Program-made: the position numbers and the translations under genes
In this document: positions 9,746 to 20,879 of the stretch, in pieces
How positions within the stretch are numbered: position 1 is the first letter of the stretch
Layout of the letters: each line of letters opens with the position of its first letter
Origin: Octopus vulgaris
Taxonomy: Eukaryota
Direction: 5' to 3'
NCBI GenBank assembly: GCA_951406725.2
Contig: OX597816.1
Span: 174,902,001 to 174,966,000 of the forward strand
DNA length: 64,000 nt
The notes under the pieces: generated by a model
What the model saw: the letters and a program-made list of their open reading frames with translations, nothing else
Database searches by the model: none
What the model was told of the DNA's origin: nothing

Positions 9746-12606
9746 TAGCTGCGCGTTTCTCATCGTTACCTGTGGTCGACATTCTGGTGAAGGGGAAGAT
9801 GTCGCGAGCCCTGGTGGACACGGGCTGTACGACGACCCTGATGACCACAGAAGTGGCAGAGACGTGGAGTGGAGGAAGCAGTGTTAGGGCAGTCGACGGA
9901 AGAGAAGTGCACTGCGAAGGGGTTACGGATGCGCAGATTGTGGTGCAGGGACTGCAGCTGACGTTGCAAGCGATTGTGGTCGGTCACTTGGTGGACGAGA
10001 TCGACGTGGTGATGGGGATGGATGCGATCACCCGTCTGGGAGGTGTTACCATCAACGAGGCTGGCGTAACGTTTGGGCTAGCAGGGAAGCCGCGTAGGGC
10101 GAGACCACGCACCGACGACAACCGTGAGGAAATGGATGCGGCGCACACCATTGAAGACCAGGATTTTCGGGCTGTCTTTGATGGCGAGAGGTGGACAGTG
10201 GAGTGGCACTGGAAGGGAGAGCCCCCGATGTTAAAGAACAAAGTGGGCTGCTATCAGCATACTCTAAAAGGAAATGCCAGAAGTGAGTTCGAGGGGGAGG
10301 TGGAGCGGTGGATTAAGGAGGGCATACTGATCCCCTGGGAAAAAGAAGAGAGCGGAGTCCTGCCACTGATGGCGGTGATACAGCCCACAAAGCGTAAGGT
10401 CAGGCCAGTGCTCGACTTCCGAGAGCTGAATGACCACGTGTCGTGTCATACAGGCGGCGAGGCCACGGATGTCTGCGGAGACACCTTGCGAGAGTGGAGG
10501 CAGACGGCGGGGGCCTCCACGATTGTCGATTTAAAGTCGGCATACCTTCAGGTGCATGTGGCTGAGAAACTATGGAGGTACCAGCTCGTCAGGTATAGGG
10601 GCCGGACGTACTGTCTGACCAGGTTGGGATTCGGGCTGAATTCAGCTCCGAAGATTATGGCAACAATTCTCAAGGCCGTCCTGGGGAAGGTGGACAGAGT
10701 AAAAAGGGCCACCAATTCATACATCGACGACATTCTGGTGGATGAAACCGTGATGCCAGCAACGGAGGTCATAGGCCACCTGAAGAGTTTTGGACTGATC
10801 GCCAAGCCGCCAGAGGCTATGGAGGGAGGTGCTGCACTGGGCCTCAAGCTATGGAGAGACAAAGCCGGCGCCTTGGTGTTCCGGCGAGGGAATGAGATCC
10901 CTGAACTGGGCGCCAGCATGAGTAGACGGGAGCTGTTCTCTGTGTGTGGGAAACTGGTGGGACACTACCCGATTGCAGGCTGGCTCCGGACAGCATGTAG
11001 CTTCATCAAGAGACGAGCCGAAGGAGTGAAGTGGAATGATAAAGTGGGGGAGAGGACGATCGACATGATGCAGGAAGTCCTGGTCAGAGTAGGAGCAGAG
11101 GACCCGGTGAGGGGCAGCTGGTATGTTCCCAAATCAAAGAGCGGGATCGTATGGTGTGACGCCAGTAGCATCGCAATAGGGGTCGTCTTGGAAGTGGGAG
11201 GTGTCACGGTGGAAGATGCAGCCTGGCTCAGGAAGATGGATGACTGCAGTCACATCAACGTGGCGGAGTTGGAAGCTGTGCTGAAGGGGGTGAACCTAGC
11301 CTTGAAGTGGGGGTTGCACACCATAGAAATCAGGACTGATTCGGCCACTGTACTTGGTTGGGCGACGGCAGTCATCACCGATGAGCGGAGGGTGCGGACC
11401 AAAGGGGCTGTAGAGATGCTGGTAAAGCGTCGATTGGGGATACTGCGTGAACTGACCACTGAGTTCAATCTGAAGCTGAGCGTGATCTTTGTGCCTTCCG
11501 AGAAGAACAGGGCAGACGTCCTGACCAGGGTTAAGCGAGCATGGTTGCAAGTGCCAGAGGATGCGAAGCAGGATGTAGCTGCAGTATGCCATCTGAGCGA
11601 CTCGGAGTTGCGGAGACTGCACACCATGCATCACATGGGTGTGGACAGGACGTTGTTCCTGGCCAGAAAAGTCGACTCCGACGTAACAAGACAGAGCGTG
11701 CGGAGAGTGGTTAGCAGTTGTGACAGGTGCCAGTCCATCGACCCTGCTCCGGTCGTGCATGAAGCGGGAAGTATTCCAGTGGACCAGGACTGGAGACGAC
11801 TGGCGGTGGACATAACACACTACCGGCAGGGGACATACCTCTCAATGGTTGACTGCGGACCGGGGCGGTTCGCCATATGGAGGGAGATGAGGTCAGGAAC
11901 CGCAGAAGAAATTGCGAAAGTGCTGAACGAGATATTCCTGGAACGAGGCCCCGTGGATGAACTGCTTCTGGACAACGGCACTGCATTTCGCTCGGAGGCG
12001 CTGAGAGAAATGCTTGATGAGTGGAAGGTCAACCGCTTCTTCAGGGCGGCATACCGGCCAAGTGGAAACGGGGTGGTGGAAAGGCATCATCGTACCATCA
12101 AGGCCATGGCAGAGAGGGGTCACATTTCACCAGTCGAGGCCGTGTTTTGGTACAACATGTCGCCCAGATCAGGACAGGCCGAGGAGTCGGTGCCACACAG
12201 GGCAATATTCAGGTACGAGTGGAGGCATCCGTGTACTACATCAACGCGACCCGGGGCAGAGGAAGAGCACGCCTTCGTGCAGGTCGGGGAGGAAGTCTGG
12301 GTAAAACCCCCAAACGCACGGTGTACATCGCAATGGGGAAAGGGGACAATAACCTCCGTAAATTCAAAGAATAACATCTCGGTCGATGGTATGCCATGCC
12401 ACGTTTTAGACATACGGAGGATTGTCCATGCCCCGGAGGATGGGACAAGCAACAGTGGGCAAGACGATAACAACAGACAGGATGACGAGGTCGGCAGCAA
12501 CACGCCAGAAACAAGTCCTAGGGTCGCACTGCGACCACAGAGGGTGCGGCACCCTCCTCCCTGGTTGGCTGACTATGAAACCAGTTTCAGGTGCGGGAGC
12601 AAGTGA
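9646..12606 (+). CDS. pol: Pol (protease-RT-RNase H-integrase), probably expressed as a gag-pol frameshift fusion
   Basis: ALVDTG protease; RPVLDFRELN, FGLNSAP and YIDD in RT; CDAS, AELEA, TDS and RAD in RNase H; HHCC plus D-D-E (VDI, LDNG, VER) integrase. Confidence 0.95.
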   Translation: MLPVSRAGACGQRVSAGKRTAGDYCAGSCPFGLVAARFSSLPVVDILVKGKMSRALVDTGCTTTLMTTEVAETWSGGSSVRAVDGREVHCEGVTDAQIVVQGLQLTLQAIVVGHLVDEIDVVMGMDAITRLGGVTINEAGVTFGLAGKPRRARPRTDDNREEMDAAHTIEDQDFRAVFDGERWTVEWHWKGEPPMLKNKVGCYQHTLKGNARSEFEGEVERWIKEGILIPWEKEESGVLPLMAVIQPTKRKVRPVLDFRELNDHVSCHTGGEATDVCGDTLREWRQTAGASTIVDLKSAYLQVHVAEKLWRYQLVRYRGRTYCLTRLGFGLNSAPKIMATILKAVLGKVDRVKRATNSYIDDILVDETVMPATEVIGHLKSFGLIAKPPEAMEGGAALGLKLWRDKAGALVFRRGNEIPELGASMSRRELFSVCGKLVGHYPIAGWLRTACSFIKRRAEGVKWNDKVGERTIDMMQEVLVRVGAEDPVRGSWYVPKSKSGIVWCDASSIAIGVVLEVGGVTVEDAAWLRKMDDCSHINVAELEAVLKGVNLALKWGLHTIEIRTDSATVLGWATAVITDERRVRTKGAVEMLVKRRLGILRELTTEFNLKLSVIFVPSEKNRADVLTRVKRAWLQVPEDAKQDVAAVCHLSDSELRRLHTMHHMGVDRTLFLARKVDSDVTRQSVRRVVSSCDRCQSIDPAPVVHEAGSIPVDQDWRRLAVDITHYRQGTYLSMVDCGPGRFAIWREMRSGTAEEIAKVLNEIFLERGPVDELLLDNGTAFRSEALREMLDEWKVNRFFRAAYRPSGNGVVERHHRTIKAMAERGHISPVEAVFWYNMSPRSGQAEESVPHRAIFRYEWRHPCTTSTRPGAEEEHAFVQVGEEVWVKPPNARCTSQWGKGTITSVNSKNNISVDGMPCHVLDIRRIVHAPEDGTSNSGQDDNNRQDDEVGSNTPETSPRVALRPQRVRHPPPWLADYETSFRCGSK
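9694..9755 (+). promoter_or_regulatory. -1 programmed ribosomal frameshift signal
   Basis: G GGA AAC heptamer in the gag frame, 7-nt spacer, stem-loop at 9708-9735; pol is in the -1 frame. Confidence 0.8.
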
Positions 12607-12642
12607 GGAAGCCGGTTCAGTGATCTATAGATCAGGGGGGCG

Positions 12643-12917
12643 TGTGGTGTGGTGTTGAAGGAGTGTGACGGAGCGGGAGGGAGCGGAAGTGGGTCTTGCA
12701 GGTCTTGCAGGGCGCATGCGCCGGCGGAAGCGGAAGTGACAGACAGAACGCACATGCGGCATTGACCAGGCCAGACAGACTCGAGAATGACGCGAAGACG
12801 ACAAGACGCTAGCAAGTTGGCTGAAGGCGAATCCGACTTCATCTCCTCAGGTAAGACCAAATTACACTTCTAATTCTTTTCTTGTTCTGTTACGCTCCTT
12901 TCACCACACATATTACA
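12643..12917 (+). repeat. 3' LTR
   Basis: Direct repeat of 8665-8939. Confidence 0.95.
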
Positions 12918-13648
12918 CAAAATTTGTCTTTCTCTACTCCCAGTTACAAGGTGGCACAACTTTCTCAGGGTGGCTCAACTCTCATTATGAGTATGCTCAA
13001 CTCTCCTCACTCAGCAGGAGTCTTGTGCCATTTGACAAATTTCTTAAACTGAGTACTACTTTGAAATGCAATCACCTTGAATATCATAATCCACACTGTA
13101 TTATAACAGAGTATTTAAATTTCAAATGACAAGAAGTTATCCTACTAACAATGCAGATTTTGGGAAATGTGGTCCATTATGAAAAAGTGACTCAACTCTC
13201 CTGGATCTCCCCATCTTAGTTCAACCTACACAAGTTAATGTGTGAGAAACAAAAAAGGAATTTTGAAATAAGTTTCTATAAAACTATTTTTTAAACATCG
13301 ATTGACTATGGGAGCCCACCAGAATAAAATAGTAATCAAGGAGGTCCATAGATGAAAAAATGGTTGAGAATCCCTGACTTAGAGGTTCTTTTTCTTGTGT
13401 TCCCAAGTGCTTTATTGTGTTTCCCCTCATGTAGTAGTTGCCAATAGATTTCTGTTTGATTTTATCTAACCAGTAAATACTCTGCTAATTGTCTTGGTTT
13501 ACTTTCCCATTGAACCTAATTCTAATTAATAAGTATCAGCTGATGTGAAATAGCCTCTGTGACACTGAACTTATCAGGTACAAGGCATCATGAAACAAAA
13601 AAGACAATCCACTCCTACATATATAAATGGTATACTTTATGTGTTCAG

Positions 13649-13873
13649 ATGGCGAGCTGGCAGAAACGTTAGCACCCCGGGCGAAATGCTTAGCGGTATT
13701 TCATCTGCCGTTACGTTGTGAGTTCAAATTCTGCCGAGGTCGACTTTGCCTTTCATCCTTTCGGGGTCGATAAATTAAGTACCAGTACTGGGGTCGATGT
13801 AATCGACTTAATCCGTTTGTCTGTCCTTGTTTGTCCCCTCTATGTTTAGCCCATTGTGGGTAGTAAAGAAATA
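13649..13873 (+). mobile_element. SINE family B with a 20-bp TSD
   Basis: TSD GGTATACTTTATGTGTTCAG at 13629-13648 and 13874-13893; tRNA-like head (gagttcaaattc B-box). Confidence 0.88.
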
Positions 13874-14431
13874 GGTATACTTTATGTGTTCAGCTCTATG
13901 TATTTGTTGTCAGCCATAATGCACATGTATTTTTGTATGTATGTTTATATACATTTGTGTGTGTGTGTGTGTGTGAGAGAGAGAAAGAGAGAGAAAAGAA
14001 AGTGAAGGGATGTATTTGTCATGTATACATACATACATAAATATATATGCATACACCTTTTTTGTATGTATGTGTGTGTGTGAGTGAGAGAGAGTAGTGT
14101 CTAAGTAGCACTCTCTCTCACACGCAAGTACACACACGCACGCATACATACAAAAATGATGTATACATATATATTTATTTATGCACGTATACATGACAAC
14201 ACACCTATTCACTCGGTCTCCCTCTTTCTCACACACATGTCCATTTCATCTGATGTTTGATAATGTAGGTCAATGTATCTCTGCGTGTGCTTGTGTGTGC
14301 ATTCCACAATCACCATTTATTTCAATCACTTTTGTGAAGATATTTATGTAACTCATTTTTTTCATTTAATCTCCATTTCAAGATTTTTAAAAAATGATGA
14401 ACATTGGGACCTTGCATTGACTGAAGCATCA

Positions 14432-14851
14432 GTAGGCGCAGGAGTGGCTGTGTGGTAAGTAGCTTGCTTACGAACCACATGGTTCTGGGTTCAGTCCCAC
14501 TGTGTGGCACCTTGGGCAAGTGTCTTCTACTATAGCCTTGGGCCGACCAAGGCCTTGTGAGTGAATTTGGTAGATGGAAACTGAAAGAAGCCCATCGTAT
14601 ATATGTATATATATATGTGTGTGTGCGTTTGTTTGTGTGTCTGTGTTTGTCCCCCTAGCATTGCTTGACAACCGATGCTGGTGTGTTTATGTCCCCGTCA
14701 CTTAGCGGTTCAGCAAAAGAGACCGATAAAATAAGTACTGGGCTTACAAAGAATAAGTCCCGGGGTCGATTTGCTCAACTAAAGGCGGTGCTCCAGCATG
14801 GCCGCAGTCAAATGACTGAAACAAGTAAAAGAGTAAAAGAGAGTAAAGAGT
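14432..14851 (+). mobile_element. SINE family A, full length
   Basis: taggcgcaggagtggctgtgtgg head through (GAGTAAAA)n tail. Confidence 0.88.
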
Positions 14852-14859
14852 ATCAGATT

Positions 14860-16476
14860 CTCCAAGGAAACTCTGTAACCTTTTTGCAATTATACTGAAC
14901 ATGTATCAACTTGGCAGTCCCCTACAGCTTTGGATGAAACATCATGAGGACATGGCTGAGGACTTAAAGTATGCAATTCAACAGGCAAACCCAGATATCA
15001 GTATTCAGTTCTCTGAAACAATGTTTAACCAAGCACTGACTGAAATTGAGGATTGAGTTCTGACCATGGGAGGCAAAAATTTGCAAGAGTCCTGCTCTGG
15101 ATTGCTGAAAACAAGCCATCAAATTAGTGATTTAACTTCAGGAGACATATCAAGAGAGACAAATTATAACATCACAGACTTGGCTACATTTGTGAATGAA
15201 CATGAACCTAAACTCCTTCCAGAACAATGCTGTGCATATGATAAAATTATTTTGTCAGTCAGAGAAAAAAGTGGAGGAATTTTTTTCTTGATGCTCCTGG
15301 TGGCACAAGTAAAGCATTTGTAACAACATTGCTTATCTCCAAGGTAAGGCAACAAAAAAGAATTGCAGTTGCTGTACCATTGTTTGGCATTGCTTCCACC
15401 CTTCTCCCAAGAGGACAAACAGTTCATTCTGCTTTTAAATTACTGCTAAACCTGGTCACAAATGACAGTCCAATTTGTAACATAAGCAAAGATTCAGGTT
15501 CAGCAGAATTGTTGTGCCAATGCCACCTTATCATTTGGGTTGAATGCACCGCGTCACATAGAGGTGCAATGGAAGCTCTTGGTAAGACCTTACAGGACAT
15601 CAGAGGCAACAATAAATCTATGGGAGGAGTTATATTGGTTTTATCAAGAGACTTCAGACAGACATTTCTAGTCATTCTGAGACGAACAAGATCTGATGAA
15701 ATAAAAGCATACATTAAGCAAGTCTTCACACTTTTGGAATAAAGTACTGAAATTCTCTTTCAATACTAATGTGTGAGCTTCATTACATGGGGACCAATGT
15801 GCAAAACAGTTTTCAACTGGTTCCTCCAATTAAAAAATGGAAAAGTACCATTTGATGGGAACAGTGATATCAATTTGGCTCATATTGTCAGACTTAAGTA
15901 ATGATTATAATTCACATAAATAGTTGTGTGAAAGGGCAATTCTTGCTCCAAAAAATGTGACAACAGCAAGGATTAACCATGAATTAATGAATAAGATTCC
16001 AACAGTCATTAAAAAGTACAAATCAGTTGATTCAGTCCTTGACAAAAATCAAGCTGACCATTACACAACAGAGTTTGTTAATTCTCTTGAGTCACCTGGA
16101 ACTCCTCCGCATAAACTTTTTTCTGAAGGTAGGAGTCCTAATAATGCTTCTAAGAAAGTTAGATCCTCCTAAATTATGCAATGGGACAAGGTTGATGTGA
16201 TATAAGCTGTCATCATTACTGGATGTGCCTCTGGAGAAGAGGTTTTTATTCCAAGAATTCCAATCAAACCAACAAGCATGCCATTTGAGTTCAAAGGAAC
16301 ACAATTCCCAGTGTGACTTTGCTTCACAATCTACTGGCTTGCACTTAATTGAGCCTTGCTTTTCTAGTGGTCAACTTTATGTTAGTTGCTCCAGGGTTGG
16401 TAGTTTGCAAGATATATTTGTCTATGCTCCAAACCAGAAAATAAAGAATCTTGTTTACCCAGAAGCTCTTACGTAA
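14860..16476 (+). pseudogene. Helitron RepHel PIF1-type helicase remnant
   Basis: FFLDAPGG, GIASTLLPRGQTVHSAFK, DFRQ, ERAILAPKN, GTPPHKL, LCNGTRL, GQLYVSCSRV; frameshifted. Confidence 0.88.
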
Positions 16477-16834
16477 TTTCCTTCAACTTGTGATAGAATT
16501 TATCTACTTTCATAAAAGTGGTAAATTTTGTATTTTCGTTTTTTATTATTATTATTTTATTTATTTTTTATATTATGAATTCAGAATTGATTTCCCAATT
16601 GAAAAATAAATTGTATTCCAATTGAAGAATAAATTGAATTTAGAATAACAATTTTCTATAGAAAATAAAAGATAGGGAAGGAGAGATGGTTTGAATAAGG
16701 CACAAAGTGATGAACAAAGAGAAAGATAGGGGAGAGTAAAAGAAAGAATGAGAGTAGAGAAGAGAATGAGAAGCATTCATGCATCAGTCAAACTAAAATC
16801 TAAATTTAATGAAAATATAAAAACCATGAGTTAC

Positions 16835-16997
16835 CTGTTATAATGGTGTTGCCTTCATAATTGAAAGCACAGCTGAAAATTTCATCTGTGTGTCCTTCAA
16901 GAACTTGTTTGCATGCCCCTGTCTCAGGGTCCCATATTCGTGCAGTCTTGTCTGAAGATGCTGTCAAAATGGCTGTGCCCTGAGGGTTGAATGTTAT
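16835..16997 (-). CDS. DAW1: DAW1 exon ([54 protein letters not shown])
   Basis: 163 nt, ttccag| and |gtaac. Contains [17 protein letters not shown], the last WD repeat of DAW1. Confidence 0.95.
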
Positions 16998-17130
16998 CTG
17001 GAAATGATAAAGCAAACCAACAAAATTATAAATGTCAATGTACTTTGCAGGAATGTGCATGGAATAGTTGATCCAGTAAGCTCACAGTTGGAGCTGTTAT
17101 CTACAGAATATTTTTCATTGGTACATTTTG

Positions 17131-17363
17131 AAGGTGGCGAGCTGGCAGAAACGGTAGCATGCCGGGCGAAATGTGTAGCCGTTTTTCGTCTGCCGTTGCG
17201 TTCTGAGTTCAAATTCCGCCGAGGTTGACTTTGCCTTTCATCCTTTCGGGGTCGATAAATTAAGTACCAGTTACGCACTGGGGTCGATGGAATCGACTTA
17301 ATCCGTTTGTCTGTCCTTGTTTGTCCCCTCTATGTTTAGCCCCTTGTGGGTAGTAAAGAAAGA
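17131..17363 (+). mobile_element. SINE family B with a 24-bp TSD
   Basis: TSD AATATTTTTCATTGGTACATTTTG at 17107-17130 and 17364-17387. Confidence 0.88.
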
Positions 17364-17997
17364 AATATTTTTCATTGGTACATTTTGCAATCTTTTGGTA
17401 CCATATTCTTACATTTAATGTATCAATACCTATAAATATAGACTCACAGGCTGAATTAACAAAGCAACAGATTTCCAGCCAAATTACTGGCAGCAGCTGG
17501 TATTCTATCACTAGTATTGCTTCGAGTCCTTGATTGATACACTTCATTCTTAAAGGCTCAATCCACCTAGCAATAAAAAGGTACCATTGCTAGAAATAGC
17601 TCATGACTCCAAACAGTTGAATAACTATTAACTTCTTAGGGGTTTTGTTACTTCTTTCAAATATTCAGGATGGTACTGTGCTAACACAAACTGTTCATAC
17701 ACAAGGGATGGTGCATATTATCACCATCATTGTTTTAACATCTACTTTTCCATTTTCACTGAGGCAGATTTCCTAAGGATGGATGCCCTTTCTGTTAGCA
17801 AACCTCACCTGTTTTCAAGCAAGCTAATATTTCTTCGTGGCCAGGTATATTTTCATGGAAGATTGGAAATGGGAGACACCAGTTGCATGATGGTGACACT
17901 CATTTACAACAATCATGTGATGTTCAAGACAAGGAGGCACAACCCACCCCCTTATACACACACACATGCATGCATGCTCATCATTTGACTCTATATA

Positions 17998-18220
17998 TAC
18001 TCTTTTACTCTTTACTCTTTTACTTGTTTCAGTCATTTGACTGTGGCCATGCTGGAGCACCACCTTTAGTCGAGCAAATCGACACCGGGACTTATTCTTT
18101 GTAAGCCCAGTACTTATTCTATCGGTCTCTTTTGCCGAACCGCTAAGTGACGGGGATGTAAACACACCAGCATCGGTTGTCAAGCAATGCTAGGAGGACA
18201 AACACAGACACACAAACATA
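17998..18220 (-). mobile_element. SINE family A, 3' half
   Basis: Tail and body match the other family A copies. Confidence 0.8.
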
Positions 18221-18329
18221 TCTAAATTTTAAATTATTCAAATTTTATATTTTATTTTTATTTTTTGAAGGACACTCTGAAATAAATGAATGTATTCTTT
18301 GCTTTTTCCTTTTAATTCAGAGTAAATTT

Positions 18330-19400
18330 TTCACTGGCTACCTACTCAGTAGCAAGGTTGTGAAGGAAAGCATTCTGCAGATTTTTATAGTCTCTGATAT
18401 CATGATCTTTTGTAGAGTATGAATTAAGGATTTGCATTCCTTCCCCAAGATCAGCCATACTTTGTTCCAAACAGGTTGGTATGTATCCTGTTGCTCCAAT
18501 AATAATAGGTATGAAGCTGAAAGTGTATTTTGGGTATTGGATTTGAAAACCCTCTTGAGTTTTTAAACCACATTGGTGTGCAGAGGGTAGCTGATTTCCA
18601 CAACAGAACATAATTTCTCATGATCCCACACAGCACAACAATATCTGGCTGCTTGCTTTTAACTTGGTGACTGTTTTAATTTTGAAGTTCCACCAATATT
18701 CTTTGACCCATCAGTCTCAATATAGTCAACTCAGTCTGTAGGTGTTTTCTTTTTCTAGTTATTCTGTTCCTATCTGTTCTGACCATTGCATCATACCTCA
18801 TGGAAAGATAATATGTGGAAGACATTCTCTCACAGTTGTCAATAATATGGTTGATGTCTTCAGTTTTGGTCTTGCCCAGCTTACATTTATTGCCTACCAA
18901 CATTTTCTGCCTCTTAAAGGGGATCTCTTGTTCTTGAATTATATGGAGGTAGCCTTCAAAGCGGGATGTCATAAACTTATCAGTACTTCGTGCCAAGCCT
19001 TTGACATGATTAATCCCTTCTGTAGTTTATGTTTTCTGTGCCAAGTACCTATCTACTATCTTCTTAGTGAACTGCTCCATTTTTTATTTTGTTCTTCTGA
19101 TAAATAGAGATCTGTATCAGCTCTTATTTTATACTTCACAAGTTCATTAGTTATCCTAATTATGTTATTGATTTCATGGTCACAAACTTGGGCAAGATAA
19201 TTACCGGTCTCTTTCCTTGCAGTGAGCAGTTCAGAAGGCCAAATGTAGGTGTGAAAACAGACAATGCAAAGGTGTTGTGGGCAATATGCTTGTTGTAAGC
19301 TGAGAATTTTGATGACCATATTCTCCTTATCCTCCCAAGGCATTCATTCCTGGTCTTCTTCTTATTTGTATGTAACCTGACTGCTCTCTGTAGCTCAATT
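18330..19400 (-). pseudogene. Old R4/Dong-like retrotransposon C-terminal region
   Basis: EGYLHIIQEQEI, CKL...EDINHIIDNC and IPIIIGATGYIP motifs; disrupted. Confidence 0.65.
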
Positions 19401-19630
19401 TTTCTAATATTTGGTATGTTGACTTCATATGAGCAGTAATTACATACATCCAAGTATCAGACTGACCATAATGGTTGCCATGTTTTATGTATGTCTGTGT
19501 ATGTGTGAGCATATGTATGTGCATGTGTGTGTTTGTGAATGTATAGTAATGCTTCACTTTACAAGGACCCACTTTATGAGACCTCAAGTTTACAAGTTTT
19601 ATTTTAAGCTAGTATGTAGCTTTTAAGCAA

Positions 19631-20443
19631 CTAGCCCCAAATGGAAAGATCTGCAAACAGATCTCTGACTTGTTTTGGAGAATTTGTAGCAATTGCTTCG
19701 TCCAGAGTCATATCATGTAAAAGAATCGATGGAAACAATCCCAATAGTGTAAACGTAGGAATCCACAATTTCAGGATTGCAGGTCCGGATTTGGTTTGGA
19801 ATGTTTTTGATTTACTCATGGAGTTAGCCTGATTTCAGAATGGTATGATATGTTGAGCTACAGCCACTAGGAGTAAAGTTGAAAGAGTGTGACACACTGA
19901 CATTTGCATTTATTATATTAGATATGTTTAATTTTAATTTTGGGGAAACTGTATTTCAATTAAAGTACATATTATATGTGTGTGTGTATGTGTGTATATG
20001 TACATACACACACACACATAAATATATATGCATGTACATGTATGTATTAAAGAAAGCAAAAATGATAGTTTTTAGAAGTTTGTTCAGTATGCTGGCCACA
20101 GGAATTTCTATCCAGGAAAGTTGTACCTCATCTCCCTCTTTCTCTCACATACTCACTCTTTCTCTCTCTCTCTTATTATTACTCCCACTGCCACCATCAA
20201 CACTACTACTTTTAATAAAACATCATCAACTCTCCCTAAATTTCTTTGTCTCTCTTTCTCTCCCTATCTTTTTCTTTCTTTCTTTCTCTCTCTCTGTCTG
20301 TTTTTGTCACTGCCCTCACTGTGTCTATGCCTACATTTACTCTCACTCCAGCACAAGGAAGTGTCATTGAATAGTGAGAGAAGGGGTCAAAGTGTGACAC
20401 ACTGACACACAGAAATTAGTTTTCGCATTTATTATACTAGATA
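19631..20443 (-). mobile_element. Helitron-derived remnants
   Basis: TLDEA...SPKQVRDLFA peptide; two related ATCTA-TATAATAAATGC-AA termini on the minus strand near 19923 and 20442. Confidence 0.45.
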
Positions 20444-20879
20444 TAGAAAGATTAAACAGCCATTTTGTGGAGTAAAATGATGGCATAAAATTGCAATGTC
20501 TTTGTGCATGCACTTTGTTTAGAGAGATTATTATAAGCTAATTCTTCATGCCATACATTTTATATTGTGTGGTGGAAGGGTAATTGACCAGAAGGGAGAA
20601 AGAAAGATGTCGCAAGACATCTTGTGGATGAGATGATATCATGTCAGCGAGTGGCAGGGCACCTCTATCCCTTTTTTTATGGTGTCTGCAGAAGAGGCAA
20701 GTCATGCAGCTATCAGTAGTGTGAAGTGATCCAAGCTGGTGAGAGATTGGTAGAGTCAACACATGATAACAACTGAATGATCTGGCCATGGTTGCCAATT
20801 GCAACTCAAGGTAAGAACAACTATATTTTTGTGCTGTTAAACTACTCAGCATTTTTTAAACCCACCCAATATGTATAAA

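Larger units (their letters stand above)
8665..12917 (+). mobile_element. Intact Gypsy/Ty3-type LTR retrotransposon, 4253 bp
   Basis: 275-bp LTRs with TG...CA ends, 5-bp TSD CAAAA (8660-8664 and 12918-12922), PPT-like AGGGGGG before the 3' LTR, open gag and pol. Confidence 0.96.
5926..13212 (+). mobile_element. pogo-like (DDE_1/CENP-B type) DNA transposon, degenerate, interrupted by a Gypsy element
   Basis: About 26-bp TIRs GAGGAGATCCAGGTGAGTTGAGCCAC / GTGACTCAACTCTCCTGGATCTCCCC, with TA on the left. Confidence 0.82.
5757..13376. mobile_element. hAT (Charlie-type) MITE, split by a nested insertion
   Basis: TIRs CAGTGGTTCTCAAC / GTTGAGAATCCCTG; perfect 8-bp TSD ACTTAGAG at 5749-5756 and 13377-13384. 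Confidence 0.88.

Noticed and set aside
8959-12514. Many antisense and alternative-frame ORFs over the Gypsy element
   Set aside because: Expected in GC-rich coding DNA; no recognisable motifs.
15066-16476. Host PIF1 helicase gene
   Set aside because: Intronless, multiply frameshifted, Helitron-type motifs, and located inside a DAW1 intron.
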